DNA of 46,703 nt from Euryarchaeota archaeon UBA136 (GTDB lineage: Archaea > Thermoplasmatota > Poseidoniia > MGIII > CG-Epi1). Both the position numbers and the translations under genes were made by a program. Under the pieces are notes generated by a model. That model was not told the DNA's origin. It saw nothing but the letters and a program-made list of their open reading frames with translations, and did no database searches. Below, in pieces: positions 25,539 to 34,536 of this stretch; within the stretch, counting starts at the first letter, position 1; every line of letters starts with the position of its first letter. Location of the stretch: positions 4,135 to 50,837 of the forward strand of contig DAXQ01000090.1 of assembly GCA_002506485.1 (NCBI GenBank), given 5' to 3'.

Positions 25539-26276
25539 TTAGTTACTTTTGCCAGTAACCATGTTCCACAACCATTTCAAGGGATCATAGTATTCATCGA
25601 CCACTCTTTCTTTCATCGGGATTATTGCATTATCGGTTATTCCAATATGTTCGGGGCAAGCGTAAGTACAACATTTTGTTATGTTGCAGAGCCCAATTCC
25701 GTGATCATCTCGAAGATGTTCTAACCGTTCTCCCTGATCCAGAGGATGCATCTCGAGACCTGCGGTCCTGATCATGAAGCGGGGACCTGCAAATTCATCT
25801 TTCATATCATGGGACCTCAGAACATGGCATACGTCCTGGCAAAGAAAACACTCGATACATTTTCTGAATTCTTGAACTCTGTCCACCTCAGCCTGGAACA
25901 TTATCGGATCTCCAGTTCCTTCGGTGTGCTGATAAGGTGTTATCTGTCTGTTAACTTCATAATTCCAAGAAACATCAGTAACCAGATCCTTGATCAGAGG
26001 GAATGTTTTCATGGGTTGGACCGTCAGAGTCTGATCTTCAGGATAATCTGACAATCTGGTCATGCAAGTCAATTTTGGTTCTCCATTAACTTCGGCAGAA
26101 CAGGAACCACACTTTCCAGCTTTGCAATTCCATCTTATAGCTAGATCCGGAGCTTCGGTAGCTTGGATAAGATGGATTGCGTCCAAGACAACCATTCCGG
26201 TTTCGACTTTGATCTCAAACTCATCTAGTCTGAGGTTGTTAGGCTCCCCTCTTTGCAATCTTATTTTCCTTTTCAT
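25539..26276 (-). CDS. sdhB: Succinate dehydrogenase/fumarate reductase iron-sulfur subunit
   Basis: 2Fe-2S cysteines CKAGKCGSC...C, 4Fe-4S CIECFLCQDVC and 3Fe-4S CTYACP motifs. ATGA overlap with sdhA. Confidence 0.92.
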   Translation of the reverse strand: MKRKIRLQRGEPNNLRLDEFEIKVETGMVVLDAIHLIQATEAPDLAIRWNCKAGKCGSCSAEVNGEPKLTCMTRLSDYPEDQTLTVQPMKTFPLIKDLVTDVSWNYEVNRQITPYQHTEGTGDPIMFQAEVDRVQEFRKCIECFLCQDVCHVLRSHDMKDEFAGPRFMIRTAGLEMHPLDQGERLEHLRDDHGIGLCNITKCCTYACPEHIGITDNAIIPMKERVVDEYYDPLKWLWNMVTGKSN

Positions 26277-28069
26277 ACAACCTCTTTTAGAACATAGTCA
26301 TTGAGTTCAGTCGGCATCTTAAGTAGTGGAGATTTAACCACAGACATCCCTCCTGGACCAGGCCGTACAATCATGTTCACTTTACCCAATTCATCATCGT
26401 AATCTGGATAATCAAGACGTGTATGGGCCCCCCTACTCTCGGTCCTCTCTAACGCAGCTCTTGAAAGAGCTAGAGAGGTTATAATCATATTGTGTAGATC
26501 GAGACAGAGATGCCATCCAGGATTGTATTTCCTTTCTCCCTTAGCGTACATTTCTGGAAGTCTTTTTTCAAGTTTCTCTAATTTGCGTATCCCTTTCTCC
26601 AGTTCTTCTCCAGTTCTTACAATGCCAGCATGAGATTCCATTATTTCTTGAAGCTCCTGATGAATTTGGTAAGGATTCTCATCGCCATCTTCAAATGGTT
26701 CCAATGTATTCTCTATACTTTTCTTAATTTCTTTTCCATGAGGTGAAACCTTGGAATTCTCCTGCGCATAGTTAGCAGCACATTGTCCCGCGATTTTACC
26801 AAAAACCAGAAGATCGGAAAGAGAATTCCCCCCAAGTCTGTTAGCTCCATGCATTCCTGCTGCCGCTTCTCCAGCAGCATATAGTCCAGGAATGGTAGAT
26901 GCAGCTGTATTGGCCTCGACTTTGATTCCACCCATCATGTAATGGGTTGTTGGACCGACTTCCATTGGTTCTTTGGTTATGTCTAAAGTAGCCAATTCTT
27001 TGAATTGGTGATACATCGAGGGCAATTTTCGTCTGATATAGTCAGGTGATTGTCTGGATGCAATATCTAGGAATGCCCCGCCATGAGGTGAGCCTCGCCC
27101 CTCCTTTACCTCAGTCATGATGGCTCTTGCTACAACATCTCTGGTAAGCAGTTCAGGGGGCCTCATGGCACCTTCCTCACCCTTAAGCCAAGAATTAGCT
27201 TCCTCCTCAGACTTAGCAGTTTCAGCGGCGAAGACATCTGGTATGTAGTTGAACATGAATCGTTCGCCTTCACTGTTAACAAGGATTCCACCATCTCCCC
27301 TGACTCCCTCTGTAACAAGTGTACCTTTCACACTAGGTGGCCATACCATTCCAGTTGGATGGAATTGAACAAATTCCATGTCGATTAGATCGGCTCCGGC
27401 CAAGTAAGCTAGTGCATGTCCATCTCCAGTGTATTCCCAAGAATTTGATGTTATTCTATAGGCTTTGCCAATTCCACCTGTTGCCAGAATTACAGACCCT
27501 GCTTCAAATACAACCAATTTTCCTGAGGAACGGTAATAGGCTAATGCTCCCACAGTTCTGTTGTCGGATTTCAGGATGTCACTGACTGTACATTCCATAA
27601 AGACTTCAATGTTTTCCATGTGGACGGCGTAATCTTGCAGGGTCCTGATTATCTCCAGACCTGTACGGTCTCCTACATGAGCTAATCTGGGATATCTATG
27701 TCCTCCAAAATTTCGTTGACTGATTTTCCCCTCTTCGGTCCGATCGAAGACTGCCCCCCATCTTTCTAGTTCCCGAACTCTATCCGGAGCCTTTTCAGCA
27801 TGAATCTTGGCCATCTCCCAATTGGCCAGATTTTTACTTCCTCGAATAGTATCCCTGAAGTGGATTTTCCAATTGTCCCTTTCGTCTACATTACCTAGGG
27901 CTGCAGCCACCCCACCCTCAGCCATAACAGTATGGGCCTTTCCAAGTAAGGACTTGGAGACCAATGCAACCTTGGCGCCATATTCTGATGCTGCAATCGC
28001 AGCCCTTAATCCAGCTCCACCTGCACCAACGACCAGTACATCGCATTCTATAGTTTCAAAGTCTTCCAT
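26273..28069 (-). CDS. sdhA: Succinate dehydrogenase/fumarate reductase flavoprotein subunit
   Basis: FAD fold DVLVVGAGGAGLRAA, HTVMAEGG (covalent-FAD His region), HPTG, and RLGGNSL. The track start is TTG 28084. ATG 28069 is preferred and overlaps the sdhC stop as TAATG. Confidence 0.94.
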   Translation of the reverse strand: MEDFETIECDVLVVGAGGAGLRAAIAASEYGAKVALVSKSLLGKAHTVMAEGGVAAALGNVDERDNWKIHFRDTIRGSKNLANWEMAKIHAEKAPDRVRELERWGAVFDRTEEGKISQRNFGGHRYPRLAHVGDRTGLEIIRTLQDYAVHMENIEVFMECTVSDILKSDNRTVGALAYYRSSGKLVVFEAGSVILATGGIGKAYRITSNSWEYTGDGHALAYLAGADLIDMEFVQFHPTGMVWPPSVKGTLVTEGVRGDGGILVNSEGERFMFNYIPDVFAAETAKSEEEANSWLKGEEGAMRPPELLTRDVVARAIMTEVKEGRGSPHGGAFLDIASRQSPDYIRRKLPSMYHQFKELATLDITKEPMEVGPTTHYMMGGIKVEANTAASTIPGLYAAGEAAAGMHGANRLGGNSLSDLLVFGKIAGQCAANYAQENSKVSPHGKEIKKSIENTLEPFEDGDENPYQIHQELQEIMESHAGIVRTGEELEKGIRKLEKLEKRLPEMYAKGERKYNPGWHLCLDLHNMIITSLALSRAALERTESRGAHTRLDYPDYDDELGKVNMIVRPGPGGMSVVKSPLLKMPTELNDYVLKEVV

Positions 28070-28926
28070 TAAATGATTCTCCAATCATCAATAATTCCGC
28101 TGGCGCATAAACGGACATAAAAATCAGTAAAACAGACCCAGAAAAGAGAGAACCAGGCCCACTTCATGTGCTGTTTGTTCAAGCAACTAACACAGTCAAA
28201 TGCTTTCTGTTGGACTTTAGGTTTCCTAACTATCCTGTCAGCATAACCCCCTATCAGATGCCTTAGGGAATGGCAACCGAAGGTATACCCTCCAAGTAGT
28301 ATGGCGTTTAGTGACAATACGATAGTACCAACTCCAATACCGAAATCACCTTCGAAAGGTCTACCATTGAACCACATGGACAACCAAGCATCATAACTTA
28401 GGATGAAAATGAATATTATGGCAAAGTATAGCATGTATCTATGGAGATTCTGTAATATCAAGGGCATGGAATTCTCACCCCAATAACTGTTTCTTGGTTC
28501 ACCTACTGCACAGGCCGGTGGATCGGCCCAGAATGCCTTGTAGTAACTTCCTCGGTAATAGTAACAAGTAACTCTGAATCCAGCAGGTGCCCACAGAATC
28601 AGGAATGCTGGCGACCAGGGTACCGCAAATCCAAGTATTTCTTCTGGCCAGAAGGTCGGTTTCACACCGAACCATGCGTGCTCTGTTTCACCAAATAATT
28701 CTGGAGAATATAGTGGCGACAGGTAACTTGCTCCTTCTACATCATAGTAATAATTGGTGCCTTGAAAGGCAGCCCAGGACATGTAAACAACTGCGGTGCC
28801 AAGACCCATGAATACAGCCAGAGGTTGTATCCACCAGAGGTCGGTTCTAGCTGTTGGCAATAGTCCTTTATCATCAGGTATAGTACAGGCACGTTCTTTA
28901 GTTGCATCTGCATCAATAGGTGGCAT
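28069..28926 (-). CDS. sdhC: Single-polypeptide, 5-TM membrane anchor of succinate dehydrogenase (cytochrome b-like)
   Basis: First gene of a C-A-B operon. About five hydrophobic helices with conserved-looking His residues (EHAWF, LHRYM, CHSLRH, QHMKW). No soluble-enzyme motifs. Confidence 0.62.
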   Translation of the reverse strand: MPPIDADATKERACTIPDDKGLLPTARTDLWWIQPLAVFMGLGTAVVYMSWAAFQGTNYYYDVEGASYLSPLYSPELFGETEHAWFGVKPTFWPEEILGFAVPWSPAFLILWAPAGFRVTCYYYRGSYYKAFWADPPACAVGEPRNSYWGENSMPLILQNLHRYMLYFAIIFIFILSYDAWLSMWFNGRPFEGDFGIGVGTIVLSLNAILLGGYTFGCHSLRHLIGGYADRIVRKPKVQQKAFDCVSCLNKQHMKWAWFSLFWVCFTDFYVRLCASGIIDDWRII

Positions 28927-28945
28927 TGTCTGACACTAGAAGAGG

Positions 28946-28956
28946 CGATTTATACA
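28946..28956. promoter_or_regulatory. CGATTTATACA element in the sdhC / BNR-protein divergent spacer
   Basis: Same 11-mer as the icd promoter. Its centre is about 26 nt from sdhC ATG 28926 (minus strand) and about 55 nt from ATG 29008 (plus strand). A second AT-box, cttatttta, is centred about 28 nt upstream of 29008. Confidence 0.4.
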
Positions 28957-29007
28957 AGTTAGCAGGGTCAACAAACTTATTTTAGGTCGTCCAAATATTA
29001 GGCTACA

Positions 29008-30573
29008 ATGAAGGCAAGTATTAGCTTAGTGATTATGCTTTTGAGCCTTTCCTTTATGGGCTGTCTCGAACCCGAGGATAAACGTACGATTATAGACGAA
29101 TCAGATTTGGAAGTGACTAGGTTAGTCGTATCTGAGGAAGAATTATCTCAATTTCCATATTCATTAGAACCAATCCGTAATTTTTCCGTTGTTAATCCAG
29201 CTTCGATGGATATCGCTACAGAACGTTTGTGGGCCGTATATGGGACTGAGGACATAGGAGGAAGTAGTGAGCATAATTATGGAGGTAATTGTTGCGAGCA
29301 CTACTTGGCCACCGATCAAGATGGTATAATCTATAACTTAGGTGGTGAATGGCCATGGTATAGTACGGATAGAGGCCTGACTTGGAGTGAATGGGTACCT
29401 CCGGCAGTCAATACAGATTTAGGATGTGAGGAAGGTCAGTTTGACCCTACTGTTGCCCCTGGACTTGGTGAAGGATCAATTATCCAAGCTCCTAATGGAG
29501 ATATTATAGCTATGACTTGGTTTCCATATCCTAGCGTAGATGGAGTCGACCAATTTTATGCAATTTTAGGCAAGAAGACAAGTTCCACCGAAATTGAATG
29601 GGAATGGTGCTGGAATTCGGCTGACAAAGAACCGTTCTATGATCGTTCTTGGCAAGTACCAGTTGTAGGTCCAATTAATCCGCCTGCTGAATATGTTACT
29701 AACAAATGCTCATCTAATTGCCCATGGGCTAGTATGGTAGTCTCAAACTTTTGGAGCTACAACGAGCAAGGCTATCAGATTAGTGTAGACGGTCTGAATT
29801 ATAGACCTATACAGATTCCAGATAGCAATGCTGGCGGACCCGCAGATTTAGAGTTTGATTTATATTTTGAGGATTTGGGTCCAGAATGGGATTATATGCA
29901 ACCACACAGGGAGATGCGGGCTTCTCCGATTCCATCAGGAGGTCTATTGTTTCCACGCTGGTACAGTGATGGTAGCAACCTGTTCCTTGATACTAACTTA
30001 GAGTGGCACAAACACACACTTCCCGGAGGAAAATTTTTGCCTTCTCGCAATTTAGTCATAGATAGTTCAGGTGCCCTCCATAGCGTATCCTGTAATCAAG
30101 CAAGCCCCGGTTCTAAGGGATGTGATGGGACTTTTAATCTAACTCACCAAATTAGCTATGATGGTGGATATAACTGGACAAATTACACTCATAAATGGCC
30201 AGGATCTCTATCTGTTTCAGATAATACTTTTGAGTGGGACTTTCAGGCAGATGGGAACCTAGATCTTGCTGTTATCTCTGTTAGGGTCCAGACTGAGAAT
30301 AATGGTACTGCAAGCGATGCTGATTTGGTGTTCCATATAAGGGATTATAGGGAAAGTATGGAAGCAGATTCCATAACTATGATTGGACTTGGAGATTTGG
30401 ATGCAACATCAGGTGCAGGGAATGACGTAAGATTTGATTTCTCATCCTTAGCCATCCTACCTGATGGTGGAGTAGTAGTGGCCTATCATGACAGTACGGA
30501 TCCAAACACCGATCCGATGTTTGCTATAGAATTAGAACTTCCGGAGGATTATTTCTATTTTATTCAGGATTGA
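29008..30573 (+). CDS. Secreted BNR/Asp-box repeat (sialidase-like beta-propeller) protein, putative lipoprotein
   Basis: Signal peptide with a lipobox-like LSFMGC. Asp-box motifs YSTDRGLTWSEW and ISYDGGYNWTNY (SxDxGxxW). Confidence 0.68.
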   Translation: MKASISLVIMLLSLSFMGCLEPEDKRTIIDESDLEVTRLVVSEEELSQFPYSLEPIRNFSVVNPASMDIATERLWAVYGTEDIGGSSEHNYGGNCCEHYLATDQDGIIYNLGGEWPWYSTDRGLTWSEWVPPAVNTDLGCEEGQFDPTVAPGLGEGSIIQAPNGDIIAMTWFPYPSVDGVDQFYAILGKKTSSTEIEWEWCWNSADKEPFYDRSWQVPVVGPINPPAEYVTNKCSSNCPWASMVVSNFWSYNEQGYQISVDGLNYRPIQIPDSNAGGPADLEFDLYFEDLGPEWDYMQPHREMRASPIPSGGLLFPRWYSDGSNLFLDTNLEWHKHTLPGGKFLPSRNLVIDSSGALHSVSCNQASPGSKGCDGTFNLTHQISYDGGYNWTNYTHKWPGSLSVSDNTFEWDFQADGNLDLAVISVRVQTENNGTASDADLVFHIRDYRESMEADSITMIGLGDLDATSGAGNDVRFDFSSLAILPDGGVVVAYHDSTDPNTDPMFAIELELPEDYFYFIQD

Positions 30574-31354
30574 TTATAGAAAGTATTTCCTTAGCCCGAT
30601 TTCTTAATGTTACTTCTGAGGTTCCAACGGCCTTAGCTATTTCCAATTGGCTTCTTCTGAATTTATTATTCTTACAGGCTATATACAAAGCTGCACCTAG
30701 CAGCGCTGCCGGTGATATTCCTTGTCTATAGTTGCTTTTTTCGACGGCCGTAATTATTTTTTCAGCTTCCTTTTCCACATCACCAGATATAGCTAGTTTA
30801 TGGGCAAATCGAGGCAAGAAATTTGAAGTAGTAGTAGTATATATCTTCAATTTAAGTTTCCTGGAGATTAATTTATGCAAACGGCTTAATTCATTTCGAT
30901 TCAGATGTGTCCTTTCTGAGATCTCATCCAGTGTTCTAGGAACGTTTGCCATTCGGCATGCGGTATAGACTGCCGCTGCAGCAACTTTGCTGCTGCTCCT
31001 GCCTCTGACTATTCCAGCTTTAGAAGAACTCGAGAATATCTCCAGAGCAGATTCCTTTATGGAATTCGTAACCCTAATCTCATTTGCTATCCTTTCTATT
31101 TCTTCAGAGGCCAGAAGTATACTTTTACTCGCTAGATTTCCAGATCTGGTGTTCTCTTGCCACTTTAGTATGGTCTTTGACGTCAGAGTTTGTTCAGGTT
31201 GAAATTCTGGCGTCTTAGAGGACTTGTTCTCAGGGCTGTATTTTATCCATTGAGGCCCGGCATCAAAGATTAGGTCACAATTCTTACACGACATTATGCC
31301 GTCACCTTCATCCTTGATATTATCACCATCACAATCAGGGCATTTGACACTCAT
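30560..31354 (-). CDS. tfb: Transcription initiation factor B (TFB/TFIIB), short form (264 aa)
   Basis: N-terminal Zn ribbon CPDC...CKNC and a GPQW segment (compare GPEWR). Two cyclin-fold repeats (AAAAVYTACRMANVPRTLDEIS and LLGAALYIACKNNKFRRSQLEIA). Confidence 0.83.
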   Translation of the reverse strand: MSVKCPDCDGDNIKDEGDGIMSCKNCDLIFDAGPQWIKYSPENKSSKTPEFQPEQTLTSKTILKWQENTRSGNLASKSILLASEEIERIANEIRVTNSIKESALEIFSSSSKAGIVRGRSSSKVAAAAVYTACRMANVPRTLDEISERTHLNRNELSRLHKLISRKLKLKIYTTTTSNFLPRFAHKLAISGDVEKEAEKIITAVEKSNYRQGISPAALLGAALYIACKNNKFRRSQLEIAKAVGTSEVTLRNRAKEILSIINPE

Positions 31355-31575
31355 TTTCTGTAGACCTCCCTACCCACTAACCTGGTTATCCGGGTTCCTT
31401 TTTGGGCGGCAATGGCAAGATAAGGTTCATTCACTGGTCCAAATATATTGACTACTCTTCCAACAAGTTTACTTTCAGCGTCAAAAACTTTGGTGTTCTT
31501 GGGCACTTTTTTATTACTTATCAAGATAGCTAGGTTTCTTGAATCCAGATGAGACACTTTTCCAAGGCAATGCAT
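31351..31575 (-). CDS. gar1: H/ACA ribonucleoprotein complex subunit Gar1
   Basis: MHCLGKVSHL...VGRVVNIFGPVNEPYLAI aligns with Pyrococcus Gar1 MKRLGKVLHY...VGIVKDVFGPVKMPYVAI. 74 aa. ATGA overlap with tfb. Confidence 0.88.
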   Translation of the reverse strand: MHCLGKVSHLDSRNLAILISNKKVPKNTKVFDAESKLVGRVVNIFGPVNEPYLAIAAQKGTRITRLVGREVYRK

Positions 31576-31596
31576 GTCTTACTTCGTAAAAACTAC

Positions 31597-31604
31597 TATA
31601 TAAA
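31597..31604 (-). promoter_or_regulatory. TATA box (minus strand TTTATATA) for the gar1-tfb operon
   Basis: Centre lies about 25 nt upstream of gar1 ATG 31575, which is leaderless geometry. Confidence 0.55.
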
Positions 31605-31631
31605 GTTTATGATTTATGGTAAATGGCCTTA

Positions 31632-32495
31632 TTATAGAATTTCTTCCAGAGTATTCCCTAGTTTGGATGGATTCTCCGCAACATGTATTCCGGCCCTTTT
31701 CATGGCGTTCATTTTTTCTTTTGCGGTTCCTTTTCCACCCGAGATGATTGCTCCGGCATGCCCCATTCTTTTTCCTGGAGGTGCAGTCCTTCCAGCTATA
31801 AATCCAACTATTGGTTTTGATACATAATCCTTGGCGTACTGTGAAGCGGTTTCTTCTGCAGTACCTCCAATTTCTCCAATCATTATGATTGATTTTGTAT
31901 CTCCATCATTTTCGAAGGCTTCAAGGCAATCCATGAAATTGGTTCCATTTACTGGATCCCCACCTATGCCTACGCATGTCGACTGCCCAAGTCCTTTTTC
32001 AGTTACTTGGTTCACAGCTTCATAGGTCAAGGTTCCTGATCGCGATATGATTCCTACATCTCCTTTTCTATGGATGTGTCCTGGCATTATTCCAACTTTA
32101 CTCTTACCGGGAGTAATTATTCCCGGACAATTAGGACCAATCAGACGGACATCTATAGGTTCGATGTATTTCTTTACTTTGACCATGTCCAGTGCTGGAA
32201 TTCCTTCTGTTATGGCAACAATCAAATCAACTTTTGAATCAGCAGCTTCCATGATGGCATCAGCTGCGAAGGCTGGAGGCACGAATATACAGGATACATT
32301 TGCTCCTGCATCAACTGCCTCATCCATGGTATCCCATATTGGTAGACCCAGAGTTTCTTGACCACCCTTGCCAGGGGTAACCCCTCCTATGATTCTAGTA
32401 CCATAATCAAGCATTTGCTCAGAGTGAAATTGACCATTCTTTCCAGTTATTCCTTGAACAACTACTTTACTACTAGAATCTAGCCAGATGCTCAT
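31632..32495 (-). CDS. sucD: Succinyl-CoA synthetase alpha subunit
   Basis: [28 protein letters not shown], and phosphohistidine motif MGHAGAI. Confidence 0.95.
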   Translation of the reverse strand: MSIWLDSSSKVVVQGITGKNGQFHSEQMLDYGTRIIGGVTPGKGGQETLGLPIWDTMDEAVDAGANVSCIFVPPAFAADAIMEAADSKVDLIVAITEGIPALDMVKVKKYIEPIDVRLIGPNCPGIITPGKSKVGIMPGHIHRKGDVGIISRSGTLTYEAVNQVTEKGLGQSTCVGIGGDPVNGTNFMDCLEAFENDGDTKSIIMIGEIGGTAEETASQYAKDYVSKPIVGFIAGRTAPPGKRMGHAGAIISGGKGTAKEKMNAMKRAGIHVAENPSKLGNTLEEIL

Positions 32496-33661
32496 TTCTT
32501 CCTCCTCATGGCTTTAATTGCCTTAATTGCACCGTCATTCATATCATCGGCAGTGATAAGATTTAATCCAGATTCTGCAAGCATCTTCTTACCTATTCCT
32601 ACATTTGTCCCGGCTAAACGTACGATTACGGGGACATCAAGTTTTATTTCTTTAGCTGCAGCTATTATTCCCTCGGCGATGAAGTCACATCTCATTATTC
32701 CCCCAAATATATTCACAAAGATGGCTTTTACACTTGAATCTGACAATATAATCCTAAATCCTTCAGCTACCTGCTCTGAATCGGCTCCACCTCCAACATC
32801 TAGGAAATTAGCTGGCTCTCCACCGTGCAATTTGATTATATCCATTGTGGCCATTGCAAGTCCCGCTCCGTTTACCATACAACCTATTTCTCCATCAAGT
32901 TTTATGTAATTGAGACCGACTTCAGTAGCCCTGATTTCTAGAGGTTCTTCTTCTTCTCTGTCACGAAGTTGTTCGATATCAGTATGCCTGAACAGAGCTG
33001 AGCTGTCAAAGTTAATCTTTGCATCCAATGCAACGATATCATCAGCAGTGGTTACTACCAATGGATTTATTTCTACGATGGAACAGTCTAGGTCAATAAA
33101 TAGGTTGTAAAGATTCTTCATGAATCCCATGCAGGACTTTACTTGTTTTCCCTCAAGTCCCAGTCCAAATGCAATCTTCCGAGCTTGCCAATCTCCAAGT
33201 CCCGTAACTGGATCTACATATACCTTCAATATCTTTTCAGGATTCTTTGAGGCAACTTCTTCAATCTCAATTCCACCCTCGGTCGAGGCCATTATGACTG
33301 GCAATTCTTTTTCACGATCAAGTACAATCCCAAGGTAAAATTCTTTAGCTATATTACAGCCCTCTTCCACATACACTTTGCTGACATTAACACCTTCGGA
33401 GGTCGTTTGAGGGGTCACTAATTTTGAACCTATTATGTTGTTTGCAGCTTCGTAAACCTCGTCAACGGAACGGCATAGAACAATCCCCCCACCTTTGCCT
33501 CTTCCACCAGCATGTATTTGGGCCTTGACAACCCAGATCTTACCACTTAATTCCTTACACGCATTCGCAGCTTCGTTTGAGTTTAAAGCAAGAATTCCAT
33601 TCAGGGTCTTTACTCCATATTGTCTGAAAAGTTCTTTGGCTTGGTACTCATGAATGTTCAT
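32492..33661 (-). CDS. sucC: Succinyl-CoA synthetase beta subunit
   Basis: Canonical N-terminus [12 protein letters not shown], then [14 protein letters not shown] and INPL. The track start is GTG 33673. ATG 33661 gives 389 aa and sits about 27 nt from a TATA-like box. Confidence 0.95.
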   Translation of the reverse strand: MNIHEYQAKELFRQYGVKTLNGILALNSNEAANACKELSGKIWVVKAQIHAGGRGKGGGIVLCRSVDEVYEAANNIIGSKLVTPQTTSEGVNVSKVYVEEGCNIAKEFYLGIVLDREKELPVIMASTEGGIEIEEVASKNPEKILKVYVDPVTGLGDWQARKIAFGLGLEGKQVKSCMGFMKNLYNLFIDLDCSIVEINPLVVTTADDIVALDAKINFDSSALFRHTDIEQLRDREEEEPLEIRATEVGLNYIKLDGEIGCMVNGAGLAMATMDIIKLHGGEPANFLDVGGGADSEQVAEGFRIILSDSSVKAIFVNIFGGIMRCDFIAEGIIAAAKEIKLDVPVIVRLAGTNVGIGKKMLAESGLNLITADDMNDGAIKAIKAMRRKK

Positions 33662-33684
33662 TTGTGATTGCACACAGATTGGGG

Positions 33685-33692
33685 TTTAATAT
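33685..33692 (-). promoter_or_regulatory. TATA-like box (minus strand ATATTAAA) for sucCD
   Basis: Centre lies about 27 nt upstream of ATG 33661. Confidence 0.4.
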
Positions 33693-33724
33693 GCTAAGGT
33701 GCAAGTCAAGCCGTTACGTAAAGA

Positions 33725-33732
33725 TTTAAATA
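33725..33732 (+). promoter_or_regulatory. TATA box (TTTAAATA) for rpl10e
   Basis: Preceded by an A-rich BRE-like aaaga. It lies about 34 nt upstream of ATG 33766, implying a short leader. Confidence 0.45.
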
Positions 33733-33765
33733 GAATACAATCTGGCGCCAGAAGCAGGTTATAAA

Positions 33766-34269
33766 ATGGCCAAGAAAAACCCGGCCCACATGTTCAGGGG
33801 TAAGAAAAAGGCATACACTCGGAAAGAGTATATTGGAGGAGTTCCAGCTAGTCGAATAACCCAATTCGATGTAGGCTCACCCTCCGATAATTTTTCAGTT
33901 GAAGTTACTTTATCTGCTCAGGAAGAGTGTCTGGTCAGACATAATGCTCTTGAGTCTGCAAGAGTTACGGCTAACCGATACATTCAGACACATGCTGGAA
34001 GAGAGGGTTATCACCTAAAAATTAGAGTTTATCCACATCATGTTCTGCGCCATAACAAAATAGCACAAGGTGCAGGTGCAGATAGGGTTTCTATGGGAAT
34101 GCGTAAATCTTTCGGTAAGACCGTCGGTACTGCTGCGAGAGTCAAACCCGGTCAAAAACTTATAACTTTACGCACATCAGGTGAATTTCTTGTGCAGGCA
34201 AAAGAGGCTCTTAGAAAATCATCTCATAAACTCCCAACACCTTGCAGGATTAACGTGGACCAATCATAA
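33766..34269 (+). CDS. rpl10e: 50S ribosomal protein L10e (uL16)
   Basis: YTRKEYIGGVP, RITQFDVG, ESARVTANRY, and GADRVSMGMRKSFGK are typical of L10e/uL16. Confidence 0.92.
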   Translation: MAKKNPAHMFRGKKKAYTRKEYIGGVPASRITQFDVGSPSDNFSVEVTLSAQEECLVRHNALESARVTANRYIQTHAGREGYHLKIRVYPHHVLRHNKIAQGAGADRVSMGMRKSFGKTVGTAARVKPGQKLITLRTSGEFLVQAKEALRKSSHKLPTPCRINVDQS

Positions 34270-34523
34270 TGGCTGAAGTTGTGAAGAAACTAGGTTTAGC
34301 CAAACTTGATGGTTTTTTGTATTTTGTAGAGTCCGATGGAACCGTATGGAAACATCAGGGAGGTCAGAAAACTATGGTCTCAAAAAGTAAAATCAAGAGA
34401 GAAGAAGGCTATCTCTATTTTATAGACATGAACGGAGATCTGGCTAGAAGGTCTAATCCCCAAGAGAGAGATGAGGAAACAAGAGAACTTTTCAAGCCAG
34501 ATACCCAAGTTACAAGAGAATAA
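34269..34523 (+). CDS. Small hypothetical protein (84 aa) with an internal duplication
   Basis: TAATG overlap with the rpl10e stop. Repeated motif LDGFLYFVESDGTVWK / EEGYLYFIDMNGDLAR, followed by a charged C-terminal tail. I recognise no family. Confidence 0.5.
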   Translation: MAEVVKKLGLAKLDGFLYFVESDGTVWKHQGGQKTMVSKSKIKREEGYLYFIDMNGDLARRSNPQERDEETRELFKPDTQVTRE

Positions 34524-34536
34524 TAGTCTACTTTAG

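Noticed and set aside
32508-33338. Series of plus-strand ORFs (133, 66 and 72 aa) antisense to sucC
   Set aside because: These are shadow frames of a highly conserved gene. Their translations are Ser/Pro/Ile-rich with no recognisable motifs.
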